Source: an uncultured Bacteriovoracaceae bacterium | Lineage (GTDB): Bacteria; Bdellovibrionota; Bacteriovoracia; Bacteriovoracales; Bacteriovoracaceae | Reading direction: 5' to 3' | Assembly: GCA_964012805.1 (NCBI GenBank) | Contig: CAXGUD010000043.1 | Span: 1 to 29,927 of the forward strand | Length of the DNA: 29,927 bases | Shown here: positions 1 to 9,816 of the stretch, piece by piece | Position numbering within the stretch: position 1 is the stretch's first letter | Layout of the letters: every line of letters starts with the position of its first letter | The notes under the pieces: model-generated | Seen by the model: only the letters and a program-made list of their open reading frames with translations | Told to the model about the DNA's origin: nothing | Databases searched by the model: none | Made by a program: the position numbers and the translations under genes

Positions 1-213
1 AAAAGAAGACCTTATAAGGTTTCTAAAAAAAAGCCTATAAAGGTTGGAGCATCATTTGAGTTCAAGAGGGATCAATTCTCTTTTAAGGTTTTTAAAACTA
101 AAGAAGAATTAGTTTTTTTTAATGATAAAACGGGTGTCTCTTATCATTATTGGATTAATGGAAAGAGCCTTCCTCAAAGTAAGATGGAAAGGCTTATTTT
201 AAGTCAAAGGTAG
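1..213 (+). CDS. 3' end of a hypothetical protein (runs off the window start)
   Basis: Frame 1 is open from base 1 to TAG at 211-213 (KRRPYKVSKK...MERLILSQR*) and ends 10 nt before the next ATG. Confidence 0.6.
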   Translation, partial: KRRPYKVSKKKPIKVGASFEFKRDQFSFKVFKTKEELVFFNDKTGVSYHYWINGKSLPQSKMERLILSQR

Positions 214-223
214 TTGTTTAATC

Positions 224-901
224 ATGAGAGTTATCTTTTATAACTATTTTCAGGCCCTGCTTCACCCCATTAAATTTCATAAGTATTTGAGGGAAGTTAG
301 AAATAAAGTTAAAAATCAACCAAGCTATGGCCAAAAGCTCAGGATAGCAAATGATGGAGAGACCGATCCTAAAGCTTTAGGCGAAATGTTTCGTCTAAGC
401 TTTTTTGAATCTTTGAGCATCTCCTGGGGGTTTGTTATTCTTCAGGCCCTATATTCATATCTAGGATTGTGGCTTGGAAAAAATTTAATGGAGCACCTTG
501 GCTGGGGGTCAGGTGTAGGCTTTTCAGGCAAAAAGTACATTCTCATTTATGAAATTGGGATTGTCGTAATTTTCCCTCTTCTTACCTTAGTTTATGTGAA
601 GGTTTGGAGCTATTTGATAATATTTTTTGGAATTCTTTACGATAAAGAAGAAGAATCTTCTGAAGTTGCCAATGATATAATGACGACTTCTTTAAGTACC
701 TATGCTTTTTTGGCCATACCCATAATGGGTGAATTTATTCAAAAACTAACCTTTATTTTTTATATTTTTGTTGGGCTTAAAGAAAATATGAAGCTTGGAA
801 ATCTTCAAAGTTTCCTCGTCATATTATCTCCCTTGATTTTATTCTTCGCCTCCATCATTTTTTTTACTTCCCTTTTTGTGGCCTTTATCCAATCTTTTTA
901 A
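224..901 (+). CDS. Hypothetical multi-pass membrane protein (Yip1-like topology)
   Basis: 225-aa ORF with about 5 hydrophobic segments. No recognisable catalytic motif. Confidence 0.7.
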   Translation: MRVIFYNYFQALLHPIKFHKYLREVRNKVKNQPSYGQKLRIANDGETDPKALGEMFRLSFFESLSISWGFVILQALYSYLGLWLGKNLMEHLGWGSGVGFSGKKYILIYEIGIVVIFPLLTLVYVKVWSYLIIFFGILYDKEEESSEVANDIMTTSLSTYAFLAIPIMGEFIQKLTFIFYIFVGLKENMKLGNLQSFLVILSPLILFFASIIFFTSLFVAFIQSF

Positions 902-1038
902 CATAACGGATATGAAGCTATGTAAGTCATTGAAAATAATAGAAAAATAAAAAAGCTCTCTGCAGCTTTGATGGACAAACTCCACAAGGATTGGAATAAT
1001 TCACATTAATTTTTTAATGGTTTTGGAGGTGATGAAAA

Positions 1039-1686
1039 GTGTCTGGAATCTCTTTTGGAAATCCGTTTTTTGCGGGAAGCATCGAAGTCGTTTGTGGTCC
1101 AATGTTTTCTGGTAAAACAGAGGAACTGATTCGTAGGGTCAGGCGTGCTCAGATTGCCAGACAGAAAGTGCAAATTTTCAAACCTTCAATTGATGATAGG
1201 TTTCATGAATCAGATGTTGTAAGCCACTCTTCACAATCTGTTGAAGCCGTTCCTGTAAGAAGTTCTCTGGAAATTCTTAACAAGGTTTATGACTCGACCA
1301 GAGTTGTTGCTATTGATGAGATCCAGTTCTTTGATGAGATGATTATAAAGGTCGTATCTAAGTTGGCCCGAAGAGGATGCCGGGTTATCTGTGCTGGCTT
1401 AGACCAGGACTCTAATGGTAGACCTTTTGGTTCAATACCAGATCTTTTGGCCATTTCTGATTCTGTGGATAAGGTTCAGGCAGTTTGTACAGTTTGTGGA
1501 GCCCCTGCGACCAAGAGCGTTAGAATAGACTCTTCGAAGAAGGGGCAGGTTGTTGTAGGTCATGCAGATATTTATGAAGCTCGGTGCAGAACTCACTTTG
1601 ACTATTGTGATGAAGAAGAGATGCTTCTAGAGTCTAATGTATACGGGCAGCAGGCTGAAAAAATTCCCCAAATTAGCTCATCTTAG
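1039..1686 (+). CDS. tdk: Thymidine kinase
   Basis: GPMFSGKT P-loop, IDEIQF motif, Zn-binding CTVC...CRTH. GGAGG RBS before the GTG start. Confidence 0.96.
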   Translation: MSGISFGNPFFAGSIEVVCGPMFSGKTEELIRRVRRAQIARQKVQIFKPSIDDRFHESDVVSHSSQSVEAVPVRSSLEILNKVYDSTRVVAIDEIQFFDEMIIKVVSKLARRGCRVICAGLDQDSNGRPFGSIPDLLAISDSVDKVQAVCTVCGAPATKSVRIDSSKKGQVVVGHADIYEARCRTHFDYCDEEEMLLESNVYGQQAEKIPQISSS

Positions 1687-1806
1687 GTCTTTTTTTTACT
1701 TTTCTCGTGCCAAACTTTTCGAAAATAGTTATATACCAGTCTTCGTTACTGTAATGGGTGTTTCTGGGTTCAAATTTTAGCTTCGTAATCTTAGGGGAGT
1801 CTGCGT

Positions 1807-2331
1807 ATGTCAATCGATGTTTTTATTTCTGAGGATCAAATTCAAAAGAGAATTAAAGAGCTTGGAGAGGAGATTTCAAGGGATTATAAGGGTGAAGAAG
1901 TTATTGTTGTTGGCGTTCTTAATGGATCCTTTATGTTCTGCGCTGACCTAGTGAGGGTTCTCAAATTCCCAGTTATTACCGAGTTTATGGCGGCGGCTTC
2001 TTATGGCGAGGGAACGACAACTTCTGGAGACGTTAAAATCCTTCTCGATATAAAAACTGATATTGAAGGAAAGCATGTTCTGTTTATTGAGGATATTGTT
2101 GATACAGGGCATACCTTTAAGAAAATTCTTGCAATGATAGAAAAAAGAAACCCGAAATCTGTAAGGATTGCTAGTCTTCTTAGTAAACCGGCCAGGAGAG
2201 AGCACCATATCGACATTGATTACTTAGCTTTTGAAATTGAAGATAAATTTGTTATTGGCTATGGTTTAGATCTTGGTGGAAAATATAGGGAGCTTCCTTA
2301 TATTGGGGTTTATAATCCTGAAGCAAATTAA
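1807..2331 (+). CDS. hpt: Hypoxanthine phosphoribosyltransferase
   Basis: VLFIEDIVDTGHT PRPP-binding motif, FVIGYGLD and YRELPYIG. GGGGAG RBS. Confidence 0.96.
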   Translation: MSIDVFISEDQIQKRIKELGEEISRDYKGEEVIVVGVLNGSFMFCADLVRVLKFPVITEFMAAASYGEGTTTSGDVKILLDIKTDIEGKHVLFIEDIVDTGHTFKKILAMIEKRNPKSVRIASLLSKPARREHHIDIDYLAFEIEDKFVIGYGLDLGGKYRELPYIGVYNPEAN

Positions 2332-2353
2332 AAAAAAGATCCTTCTTTTTTTT
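2331..2353 (+). terminator. Possible weak intrinsic terminator after hpt
   Basis: AAAAAAAGA-TCCT-TCTTTTTTT inverted repeat ending in a T tract. The stem is AT-only. Confidence 0.35.
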
Positions 2354-2394
2354 CATTAAATAGGTCAAGTTAAAAAATAATTCGATAGATAGAT

Positions 2395-2480
2395 CGTCTA
2401 TGCAGGGGGCTGGATTTGCCTTGATTGAATGACTTTCTCCATTCAATGTGCAGGCCCTAGACGTAGTCTTGCTTAGGCAT
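2395..2480. ncRNA. Candidate structured intergenic RNA element of unknown family
   Basis: GC-richer intergenic patch. Perfect stem ATTGAATG (2424-2431)/CATTCAAT (2440-2447) plus outer pairing of 2396-2407 with 2467-2478. Confidence 0.35.
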
Positions 2481-2535
2481 GACAATAGCTTTTGAAATCA
2501 AATATGCGGTTTAGAACCTAAATAAGGAGAAAGCT

Positions 2536-3555
2536 TTGATCTCTGTCGAAGGTAGTGTGAGAGTAGACCTTTTAGGTGGGACTCTTGATATAGCGCCCAT
2601 AAATCTTATTTTGAAAAAGGCCCTGACTTTAAACCTTGCAACTTCTTTAAAAGCAAAAGTTGAGATTTTGCCTTTAGAGTCTAGAGCTGATGGGGTTGAA
2701 ATCCATTCAAAGGATTACAATTCGACAAAGTTTTTCCATTCACACGACTTCACCCAGGAAAATATTGATAAAAACTACTTTGGACCTCTTACTTTCTTAG
2801 TTCGGATTCTTTTTTATTTAAAAGTTTCAAAAGGGATTTCAATTCACCTATCTTCAGGATCTCCTCCCGGTGCTGGACTTGGAGGATCTTCTGCAATGGG
2901 AGTAACCTTCTATAAGGCTGTCTCAGCTTATTTAGGGCAAAGTATTGCTGAGGAAAAAGTAATTGAGATTGTCGGCAATATTGAGGCCAAGAGTTTGGAC
3001 TGTGGACCAACGGGTTACCAAGATTATTATCCAGCCCTTTACGGAGGCGTTTTGGCCCTTATTCCTAAAATGGATGGAATTAAAGTTGAGCAACTTTTTT
3101 CTAAAGAATTGGTGCAAGCCTTAGAAGGAAGGCTGTCTTTGATTAGTAGTGAAGAGTCACGATTCTCTGGTCTTAATAATTGGGAAGTCATAAAAAGATT
3201 TTTTGATAAAGATCCTAAAATAAGAGAGGGGTTGGAAGAAATTTCTCAGTTAAGTTTTATGGCCTACGAAAATTTGAAGTTGAGAAACTTTAACAATTTA
3301 TTTGACCTGATTGCCAAAGAGGGAGAGGTGAGAGAAAAGCTTTTTCCAGATATTGTGACACCTTCTATGAGGTCTTTATTTAATGAATTGAAAAAAGAGT
3401 TGCCTCATCTTGGCATGAAAATTTGTGGAGCAGGAGGAGGTGGATGTTTCCTCTTAATCCACAACCCAGATGATAAGCCTTTTATTCAAAATAAAATTCA
3501 GGCAGAAACTAAAATGAAGGTTTTGCCTCTTAAAGTTTTGGACCCCATTCAGTAA
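2536..3555 (+). CDS. GHMP-family sugar kinase (HddA/heptose-7-phosphate kinase-like)
   Basis: RVDLLGGTLD, PPGAGLGGSSA and CGAGGGG GHMP motifs. AGGAG RBS before the TTG start. Confidence 0.88.
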   Translation: MISVEGSVRVDLLGGTLDIAPINLILKKALTLNLATSLKAKVEILPLESRADGVEIHSKDYNSTKFFHSHDFTQENIDKNYFGPLTFLVRILFYLKVSKGISIHLSSGSPPGAGLGGSSAMGVTFYKAVSAYLGQSIAEEKVIEIVGNIEAKSLDCGPTGYQDYYPALYGGVLALIPKMDGIKVEQLFSKELVQALEGRLSLISSEESRFSGLNNWEVIKRFFDKDPKIREGLEEISQLSFMAYENLKLRNFNNLFDLIAKEGEVREKLFPDIVTPSMRSLFNELKKELPHLGMKICGAGGGGCFLLIHNPDDKPFIQNKIQAETKMKVLPLKVLDPIQ

Positions 3556-3585
3556 GATTGATTTCGTTAATAAGGGCTTTAATTA

Positions 3586-4563
3586 ATGGAAAAAAAGAAT
3601 ATTGCTGGAATGAGCATGAAAGGAGGAAGAAAAGACAACTTTTTTTTCTGCCTTTTAGAATATTTTCCTAAAAAGGAAAGGTGGTTTCTTAATTCACTTC
3701 TTCAGGTCAAAGAACACCAAGAAGATGAGGATGATATTATAAGAAAATGGGTTAAGGACTTTTCTTTGAAAAAGCTTGTCCTCGATTTTCCTTTAACTTT
3801 ACCCCCTTGCTATGGTTGTAACCTTGAATGTCCAGGCCTGTCCCGTTGTCCAGTTGAGGGAATTAATAAAACTCGAATAAAAATGAATTCTCTCATCCTC
3901 AAAGATCAGGAAATGAAGGAGAAAAATCCAAAACGTTATGAGGCCGCTCGCAATGAAGCTGAATCAGTCGACCCTTCAAAAAACATCCTCAATTTCAAAG
4001 CAGATGAGCATATCTTATCAAGAGCTTTTAAAAGGAGAATAAAAAAAGGGATCTTACCATATTGGAATAGACCTTTAGATTTTTGGGTTTGGACTCAGTA
4101 CTATGACCAACAATTAGAAATTTTCAATACTTCTTTTGATTCATTCGGAACAGCTTCTCTAATGATCCTTTCTAGGTTCAATTATTTGAAGAGGCATTTC
4201 CCAAAAGAACTTTTACTTTTTGAAGGTAATGTTCAACTGGCCCTCCTTGAATTATTAAAGGCCAAAGTCCTTACAAAAAGAGAGGTTCTAGGGCTTGGTG
4301 ATTTTAAAGAAGGCGCAGACTATAGGTACAAAGTTATCAAAAAAATAGAAAAGAAGTTAAATGTATTTATCTACGAGTCTGATTTAGAAGCACTTCTTCA
4401 TTTTCCTCGTGCCTTTAATTCCTTTATTTTGGCCATTATTGGTCAAAGGATCCAAATGGAAAAAACTATACCTCTTCCTTCTTGGGCTTACTCGGAAAAA
4501 AGTCAGTTTGTGGTACCTCTTTTTTCTCCTAAAGATAAAAATCCTAGAAAAACCCAGAGGTAG
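3586..4563 (+). CDS. Hypothetical protein, possibly DUF429/RNase H-like fold with a Cys4 insert
   Basis: 325-aa ORF. LVLDFPLTLP resembles the DUF429 IDAPL motif, followed by the CYGCNLECPGLSRC cluster. Confidence 0.6.
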   Translation: MEKKNIAGMSMKGGRKDNFFFCLLEYFPKKERWFLNSLLQVKEHQEDEDDIIRKWVKDFSLKKLVLDFPLTLPPCYGCNLECPGLSRCPVEGINKTRIKMNSLILKDQEMKEKNPKRYEAARNEAESVDPSKNILNFKADEHILSRAFKRRIKKGILPYWNRPLDFWVWTQYYDQQLEIFNTSFDSFGTASLMILSRFNYLKRHFPKELLLFEGNVQLALLELLKAKVLTKREVLGLGDFKEGADYRYKVIKKIEKKLNVFIYESDLEALLHFPRAFNSFILAIIGQRIQMEKTIPLPSWAYSEKSQFVVPLFSPKDKNPRKTQR

Positions 4564-4979
4564 AGAAAAGATAGTAATAAAATAAAGAATCCGAGAGAAG
4601 TGGGTTGTTGAATGTGCGGCAGGCCTAAAAGTGGAGAACCCATGGCACCTAATAACGAGAGAATTTTTACGTAAAGCCAGGCAGACTTTTTTTCTCTATA
4701 AAAGAAAATATAAATAACGATATGAAACAGAACAATTAAAATACAGGTTACAACTAGGGTGTTCATCATCACTTGATGAATCTCCTTAAAAAAACTTTGA
4801 GGCAGATCCTTTTCTGATAAGTCATAAAGTTTGAGGTTAAGCAAAACAAGAGGCTTTATTCTTTCAAAATCTGAAAATCTTTGCCACAGGTAACATAGGA
4901 CAACAATATCTCCTAACGCACAAAAAAGAATAGAGAGAAGTTTGTAAGTTTTGAGACCGATTTTTTGGAAATGTTTCAT
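4503..4979 (-). CDS. Hypothetical membrane protein
   Basis: 158 aa with 4 hydrophobic segments and an AAGGA RBS. Overlaps the convergent gene by 61 bp at the 3' end. Confidence 0.7.
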   Translation of the reverse strand: MKHFQKIGLKTYKLLSILFCALGDIVVLCYLWQRFSDFERIKPLVLLNLKLYDLSEKDLPQSFFKEIHQVMMNTLVVTCILIVLFHIVIYIFFYREKKSAWLYVKILSLLGAMGSPLLGLPHIQQPTSLGFFILLLSFLYLWVFLGFLSLGEKRGTTN

Positions 4980-5055
4980 CTTGGTCCTTTGAATGCTATC
5001 GTGCTAAGTACAATCTATTATGACTTAAAAATTCTTACTCTTAAAAGAGGAATTC

Positions 5056-6003
5056 ATGATTGAAGTTAATTCTATGGTTTTAGTTCAGTCTCTACTTTTA
5101 ATCTTATCCCTTGTTGTACTTTATTTCGGGGCAGAATTTGCGCTTAGTGGCGCTGAGAAAGTTGGTAAGTACTTTGGCCTTTCCCCTTTAGTGATTGGTC
5201 TTGTGATTGTTGGCTTTGGAACTTCTCTTCCTGAGTTTTTTGTCTCCCAAATCTCTTGCTGGGGCGGTCACCCTCAAATTGCTTTGGGTAATATTGTAGG
5301 TTCTAATATTGCTAACCTCTTCTTGATTATGGGTGTTTCTGGGCTTTTAACTGAGCTTCATTTGTCAAAGCCTGAGATGAAGGAGCAGGCCATATGGCAT
5401 TTGATTTTGACATTACTCCTCATTTTTGTTTTGACGAGAGATGCCTTTTCTCCATTTTCTGCTTCCCTTTTAGCGGCTTTTTTCTTTGTTTATATGGGTA
5501 AAACTTATAGAAAAATGAAAAAAGATAAAATTTCAGAGGAAGCTGATCCTGACCGGGGTAAGCTACCTTTTATGGTTGTTGTTAAATTGATTTTGGGCTT
5601 CGCTTTTCTTTATGGGGGTGGAGAATTATTGGTATTTTCAGGTTCAAAGTTAGGACGTCTTTTAGGGGTTAAAGAATATGTTATTTCCGCTATTTTTGTT
5701 GCCTTTGGGACTTCGTTGCCAGAGCTTATAACGGCTTTGATTGCTTGTTGGAAAAAGAAAGATGCAGATTTGATCACTGGAAATATTATTGGTTCGAATA
5801 TCTTTAATGTTGCCTTCGTTCTAGCTAGTTTGGGGGGCTACACAATGACCTTTGGCAGGAGCTTTAACTTTGAGATAGCCGTTCTTTTAGGCGCGTCATT
5901 ATTTATCCTCTTTTTGGCCTTTTTGAAAAAGAATTTTTTCCGCTTTAGCGGAGGAGCTTTTCTGCTCGTTTATGCTGGAGTCATCTGGAAGTTAATAAGT
6001 TAG
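5056..6003 (+). CDS. Ca2+/Na+ (K+-dependent) antiporter, CaCA/YrbG family
   Basis: Two alpha repeats: GFGTSLPEF...GNIVGSNIAN and AFGTSLPEL...GNIIGSNIFN. Confidence 0.92.
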   Translation: MIEVNSMVLVQSLLLILSLVVLYFGAEFALSGAEKVGKYFGLSPLVIGLVIVGFGTSLPEFFVSQISCWGGHPQIALGNIVGSNIANLFLIMGVSGLLTELHLSKPEMKEQAIWHLILTLLLIFVLTRDAFSPFSASLLAAFFFVYMGKTYRKMKKDKISEEADPDRGKLPFMVVVKLILGFAFLYGGGELLVFSGSKLGRLLGVKEYVISAIFVAFGTSLPELITALIACWKKKDADLITGNIIGSNIFNVAFVLASLGGYTMTFGRSFNFEIAVLLGASLFILFLAFLKKNFFRFSGGAFLLVYAGVIWKLIS

Positions 6004-6006
6004 CTT

Positions 6007-6459
6007 TTAATCATCAAATATCGCCTTTCTAATTTTCTTATCAGCATCTTTTTTTGCTTCCACCTGGCGTTTGTCATATTTTTTCTTTCCTCTTGCCAGG
6101 GCGAACTCTAGTTTAATTCGAGATTTTTTGAAATAAATAATTGTAGGGATAATCGTTAAAGATTTTGTCTTTTGTACGTGGAGAACTTTGGTAATTTCCT
6201 TTCTGTGAAGTAATAATTTCCTTTTTCTGTTCTCTTGGTGGTTGTGAATATTTCCAAATTCAAAGTGGGGTATAGTCATATTGTGAATCCACATTTCACC
6301 AAACCTATCGACAGCAATGTGGGCTTCTCCAAGAGAGACTTTTCCTTCTCTTAAGCTTTTAACTTCAGTTCCAACCAAAACAAGGCCGGCTTCATACTTT
6401 TCTTCAAGAAAGTAATCATAAGCTGCTCTCTTATTTTTTGCTATTATTTTAATACCCAT
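6007..6459 (-). CDS. smpB: SsrA-binding protein SmpB
   Basis: IAKNKRAAYDY, EAGLVLVGTEVKSLR, RKLLLHRKEI and GKKKYDKR motifs. Start moved to the ATG at 6459 to match the family N-terminus. Confidence 0.96.
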   Translation of the reverse strand: MGIKIIAKNKRAAYDYFLEEKYEAGLVLVGTEVKSLREGKVSLGEAHIAVDRFGEMWIHNMTIPHFEFGNIHNHQENRKRKLLLHRKEITKVLHVQKTKSLTIIPTIIYFKKSRIKLEFALARGKKKYDKRQVEAKKDADKKIRKAIFDD

Positions 6460-6575
6460 TTTTGTTCTCGCAGACCAAAATTTAAGTTTCACTAGTTCCA
6501 AGTTAGGTCTTTAGAACCCAATCTATAACATTGAGTCAAAGAAAAGGAAAAAAGAAAAGAAATATGCGATGCGTT

Positions 6576-7376
6576 TTAAGGGAGCTTTTTAAAAAGCTCG
6601 TGAACTTCGTCAAGGGTCAAAGTCTCTGATCTTCTTTGAGGATCAATATTCTGTTCTTGAAGTATTTTTTCGACTTTATTTGCATCGAAACTTATTTTGA
6701 GCACTTTTCCCAATTGTTTTCTTTTTTGTAAAAAGAGTTTTTGGAAAAAAGCTTCCAGCTTTGGAATATCTGAAAGAGAGAAAGCGGGGGCTTTTTTTCT
6801 AACAAAACTTAAAACCGTGGAGTTTACCTTTGGCGGAGGGAGGAAGGCTCCGGGAGGAACTGGGCATAGCTTTTCTATTGAGAAGAAAGTTTGGCAAAGG
6901 GCCATTAAGGAATTCATGGATTTAAGTGCCTTTTTACCTTCAGGAAATATCCTTTCAGCAACTTCTTTTTGCATCATGAGAGTCATTTTCTCTAAGGAAG
7001 GAGTTGAAAGAAACTTAAGTGTTAAAGGGACACTTATATTATAAGGGAGGTTAGAGACAACCCAGAGGTTGTTTTTTGGGAAGTGATTTTCCTCAAGAAG
7101 ATCTTGGAGGTTAACTTCCAGAGCATCTTTCATGACAATTTGCTCAGGTTTAATAAATTTTTCTAAATATGGCCTAAACCTTTGATCTTTTTCTACAACT
7201 AAATAGGGGGTTGTGGTCTTTGAAAGGTACTCTGTTAGAATACCAGGACCAGGACCAATTTCTAGAATTCCTTCTGCCTCGTTAAAAAAATTATTGCAAA
7301 TTTGCTCTATAACACTTTCATTTATGAGGAAGTGTTGGCCAAGGTCTTTGTTTGCCCAAGGATATTTATGGTTCAT
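6576..7376 (-). CDS. rsmA: 16S rRNA m6,2A dimethyltransferase RsmA/KsgA
   Basis: LGQHFL, LEIGPGPG, VSNLPYNI, MQKEVAERI and FLPPPKVNS motifs. ATGA overlap with tsaD. Confidence 0.96.
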   Translation of the reverse strand: MNHKYPWANKDLGQHFLINESVIEQICNNFFNEAEGILEIGPGPGILTEYLSKTTTPYLVVEKDQRFRPYLEKFIKPEQIVMKDALEVNLQDLLEENHFPKNNLWVVSNLPYNISVPLTLKFLSTPSLEKMTLMMQKEVAERIFPEGKKALKSMNSLMALCQTFFSIEKLCPVPPGAFLPPPKVNSTVLSFVRKKAPAFSLSDIPKLEAFFQKLFLQKRKQLGKVLKISFDANKVEKILQEQNIDPQRRSETLTLDEVHELFKKLP

Positions 7377-8497
7377 GAACGCGGCTTCCTAACGATTTTA
7401 GTTTTTTGGATAAAGCTACTTTTAGCGTCTAGAGAAAGGCATTCTGGGAAACTTGTAGCATCATTCGAGTTTCTAAGGGCAAAGTTAGCAATCATTGCAC
7501 CATTATCTGTACAAAACTTAGGTTCAACAAAGTAAGTCTCTTCAAATTTTTCTTTTAGGACAGTCCTTAGTCTTGAATTACATGCGACTCCTCCACCAAC
7601 AACAAAAGAGAGCTTATCTTTTTTAGATAACTCCAATGCTTTTTTCATAGCAAAGCCTGCTTTCAATGCTAGAGCTTTGACAATACATTCTTGGTATGAC
7701 GCACAAAGATCGGCCAGGTTTTTGAAGGCCTCTGTTCCTTCTTCTGGAAGGACTCCATCCTGTACCTTATGGTGAGGGTTTTTTTCTAAGAATTGACGCA
7801 TAGCTGTTTTTACGCCTGAGAAGGACAATGATGAGTCTTTGGAGCCTTTAAGGCCGATGGGAAACTCAAAAGCTTCAGGGTTTCCTTTTTTGGCAAGGTC
7901 GTCAATAATTCTGCCGGCCGGATAGCCAAGGCCAATTAGTTTGCCACCCTTATCAAAGGCTTCTCCTGCCGCATCATCTCTCGTTGTTCCAAGGATTTCG
8001 AACTCAGAAGAAGAGTGAACGAGGAGGTAAAGGCTGTGCCCTCCACTTACTATAAGACCAAAGTAGGGGTAATTTATTTCCACATTAGCTGTGAGGTGGA
8101 TGGCCTCAAGGTGAGCGTAAACGTGGTTTACTGGTAAAATAGGTTTTTCAAGTACGAGAGAGTATGACTTCGCCGCATTTAGACCTGTTAAAAGTGGTCC
8201 TAGAAGGCCTGGATGAGTTGTTACTCCAATGAGGTCAATTTCATTGGGCTTCAGACCCGTTCTATCAAAAGCTTCCTCAATGAGAGGAGTGAGCTTCTCA
8301 AGATGGTTTCTGGAAGCTATTTCAGGGACAACCCCCCCCCATTTTTTCAATATTTTTTCTTGGGAAAATGAAAGGTGTGCCAAGACTTCGGGAGCTTCAT
8401 GTCCGTGTCCTGGAGTCCCCTTTAAAAGGCATATGGATGTATCGTCACAACTAGTTTCAATTCCGAGAACAAGCTGTTTTTTTATACTGCTTTGCAA
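7373..8497 (-). CDS. tsaD: tRNA N6-adenosine threonylcarbamoyltransferase TsaD
   Basis: LGIETSCDD, GGVVPEIASRNH, HVYAH, DDAAGEAFDK and CTDNGAMIA motifs. The TTG at 8497 has an AAGGAG RBS. Confidence 0.95.
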   Translation of the reverse strand: MQSSIKKQLVLGIETSCDDTSICLLKGTPGHGHEAPEVLAHLSFSQEKILKKWGGVVPEIASRNHLEKLTPLIEEAFDRTGLKPNEIDLIGVTTHPGLLGPLLTGLNAAKSYSLVLEKPILPVNHVYAHLEAIHLTANVEINYPYFGLIVSGGHSLYLLVHSSSEFEILGTTRDDAAGEAFDKGGKLIGLGYPAGRIIDDLAKKGNPEAFEFPIGLKGSKDSSLSFSGVKTAMRQFLEKNPHHKVQDGVLPEEGTEAFKNLADLCASYQECIVKALALKAGFAMKKALELSKKDKLSFVVGGGVACNSRLRTVLKEKFEETYFVEPKFCTDNGAMIANFALRNSNDATSFPECLSLDAKSSFIQKTKIVRKPRS

Positions 8498-8591
8498 TGT
8501 TCGCTCCTTTTGGGGCAAATCCTAGCATAAAATATCAATCTGTGGAGAGGGAATTGAAAAAAAGAAGTTAAAAAAGCTTAAAAGGAAAGTT

Positions 8592-9383
8592 TTAAAGGTA
8601 TCCTTTCGCCTGTTTTGCCCTTCTATGTTTTGGGTATCTTTTAATAAGTTCTTGGAAGATTCCTTTAGCATTCTCTTTTTGCTTTAATTTTAGGAAGGAT
8701 TTCCCCAAGAAGAGCATTCCATTTGGGATATAAGGGGCCTTAGGGTATTTGGTAAAAAGCTTGCTAAAAAGAATCGTAGCTTCTTGATACCTTTTGTCCA
8801 TGTAAGCAATCATTCCAAGGTTATGATAGACCCTTGCTTTTTTATTCCCTCTAATTCTTCTGTTTTTTAGAAGTCCTTCTAAAACAGGTCTGGCTTTTTT
8901 ATAGCGTCCTGAACGGTATAGCTTAATTGCTTTGGAGTAGGGACTTACTTTTTTTGGTGCCGGAGTTTTAGACAGTTTATCTAAGGTTTCAAGAACCTTG
9001 GCCATAAACTTTTTATTTTCTTCTAATTTAATTTTTATAATTTCTAGGTCGTTTGAAAGGTTATCAATTTGAGATTGATTGTTTTGATCGAGTTCTTGAA
9101 AGATAGCGATTTTCTTTTTTATTTCATCGATATCCTTTTTTATAATGAGGTCTTTATTATGGTTCTTTTCTTCGAAGCTTCCTGTTACTTCCTGTATTTT
9201 TTGCTCTAAGTTTTGTATGCGGACCGTTGTGTCAGCCGAAAGCTTTTGATTTTGGACCATTTGAAGGGCCATATTATCGACCATCTGGGATCGTCTTATT
9301 TGTTCCTGGGTCTTACAAGAGAAGAAAAGGGTGGTGATTATCAAAAGGATTATGTTTAAGTGGTTTTTCATTAAGTTTTCCAT
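8592..9383 (-). CDS. cpoB: Tol-Pal-associated coiled-coil/TPR lipoprotein (CpoB/YbgF-like)
   Basis: Lipobox FFSC, N-terminal coiled coil, C-terminal TPRs (FTKYPKAPYIPNGMLFLG, LIKRYP). Lies downstream of pal. Confidence 0.75.
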   Translation of the reverse strand: MENLMKNHLNIILLIITTLFFSCKTQEQIRRSQMVDNMALQMVQNQKLSADTTVRIQNLEQKIQEVTGSFEEKNHNKDLIIKKDIDEIKKKIAIFQELDQNNQSQIDNLSNDLEIIKIKLEENKKFMAKVLETLDKLSKTPAPKKVSPYSKAIKLYRSGRYKKARPVLEGLLKNRRIRGNKKARVYHNLGMIAYMDKRYQEATILFSKLFTKYPKAPYIPNGMLFLGKSFLKLKQKENAKGIFQELIKRYPKHRRAKQAKGYL

Positions 9384-9489
9384 GCATCAGATTATGGATA
9401 ATGGTATGAGTGGTTTCTACTAGAAATTATTATATTAACATATAGTTTTAATCACTTGTCTTTTTTTTGAAAAACTTTAAGGATTGTAT

Positions 9490-9792
9490 TCAAAGATTTT
9501 TTAGCGTTTCTTTTCTTTTAGCGAGGTACTCGGCCCTTTCAGAGAATTTTCTTGAAGCAATAAAAAACTTTTTGGCCTTGTTAAAAAATTTCCTTCTATA
9601 GTATGATTTTGCTTTTAGGTAGTAATATTCAGCCTTTCGGTACAAGTTAGGAGCAAGTTCTTGGGCTTTGGAGTTTCTTGCTGCGATAAAGGCTGCTGCT
9701 GAGAGACTCATTTCAAGTTTAGGGCGTACTGTGGTCAGACCACAGGACGCCACTAAAAGCAAAAGGACTAATATATATATCCGTTTCATCAC
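9490..9792 (-). CDS. Small helical lipoprotein (DUF4398-like)
   Basis: Lipobox VASC and an Ala-rich AQELAPNLYRKAE helical pattern. Adjacent to the OmpA-domain gene. Confidence 0.6.
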   Translation of the reverse strand: MMKRIYILVLLLLVASCGLTTVRPKLEMSLSAAAFIAARNSKAQELAPNLYRKAEYYYLKAKSYYRRKFFNKAKKFFIASRKFSERAEYLAKRKETLKNL

Positions 9793-9816
9793 GTGAAGGG
9801 TTACAGCTAGGTTTCG

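Noticed and set aside
2252..2485. 77-aa minus-strand ORF across the hpt end and intergenic region
   Set aside because: It overlaps hpt in antisense, has no RBS and no protein-like features.
7589..7598. CTCCTCCACCA-like match to the ssrA 3' core
   Set aside because: It is short and is explained by the VVGGGV codons of tsaD on the other strand.
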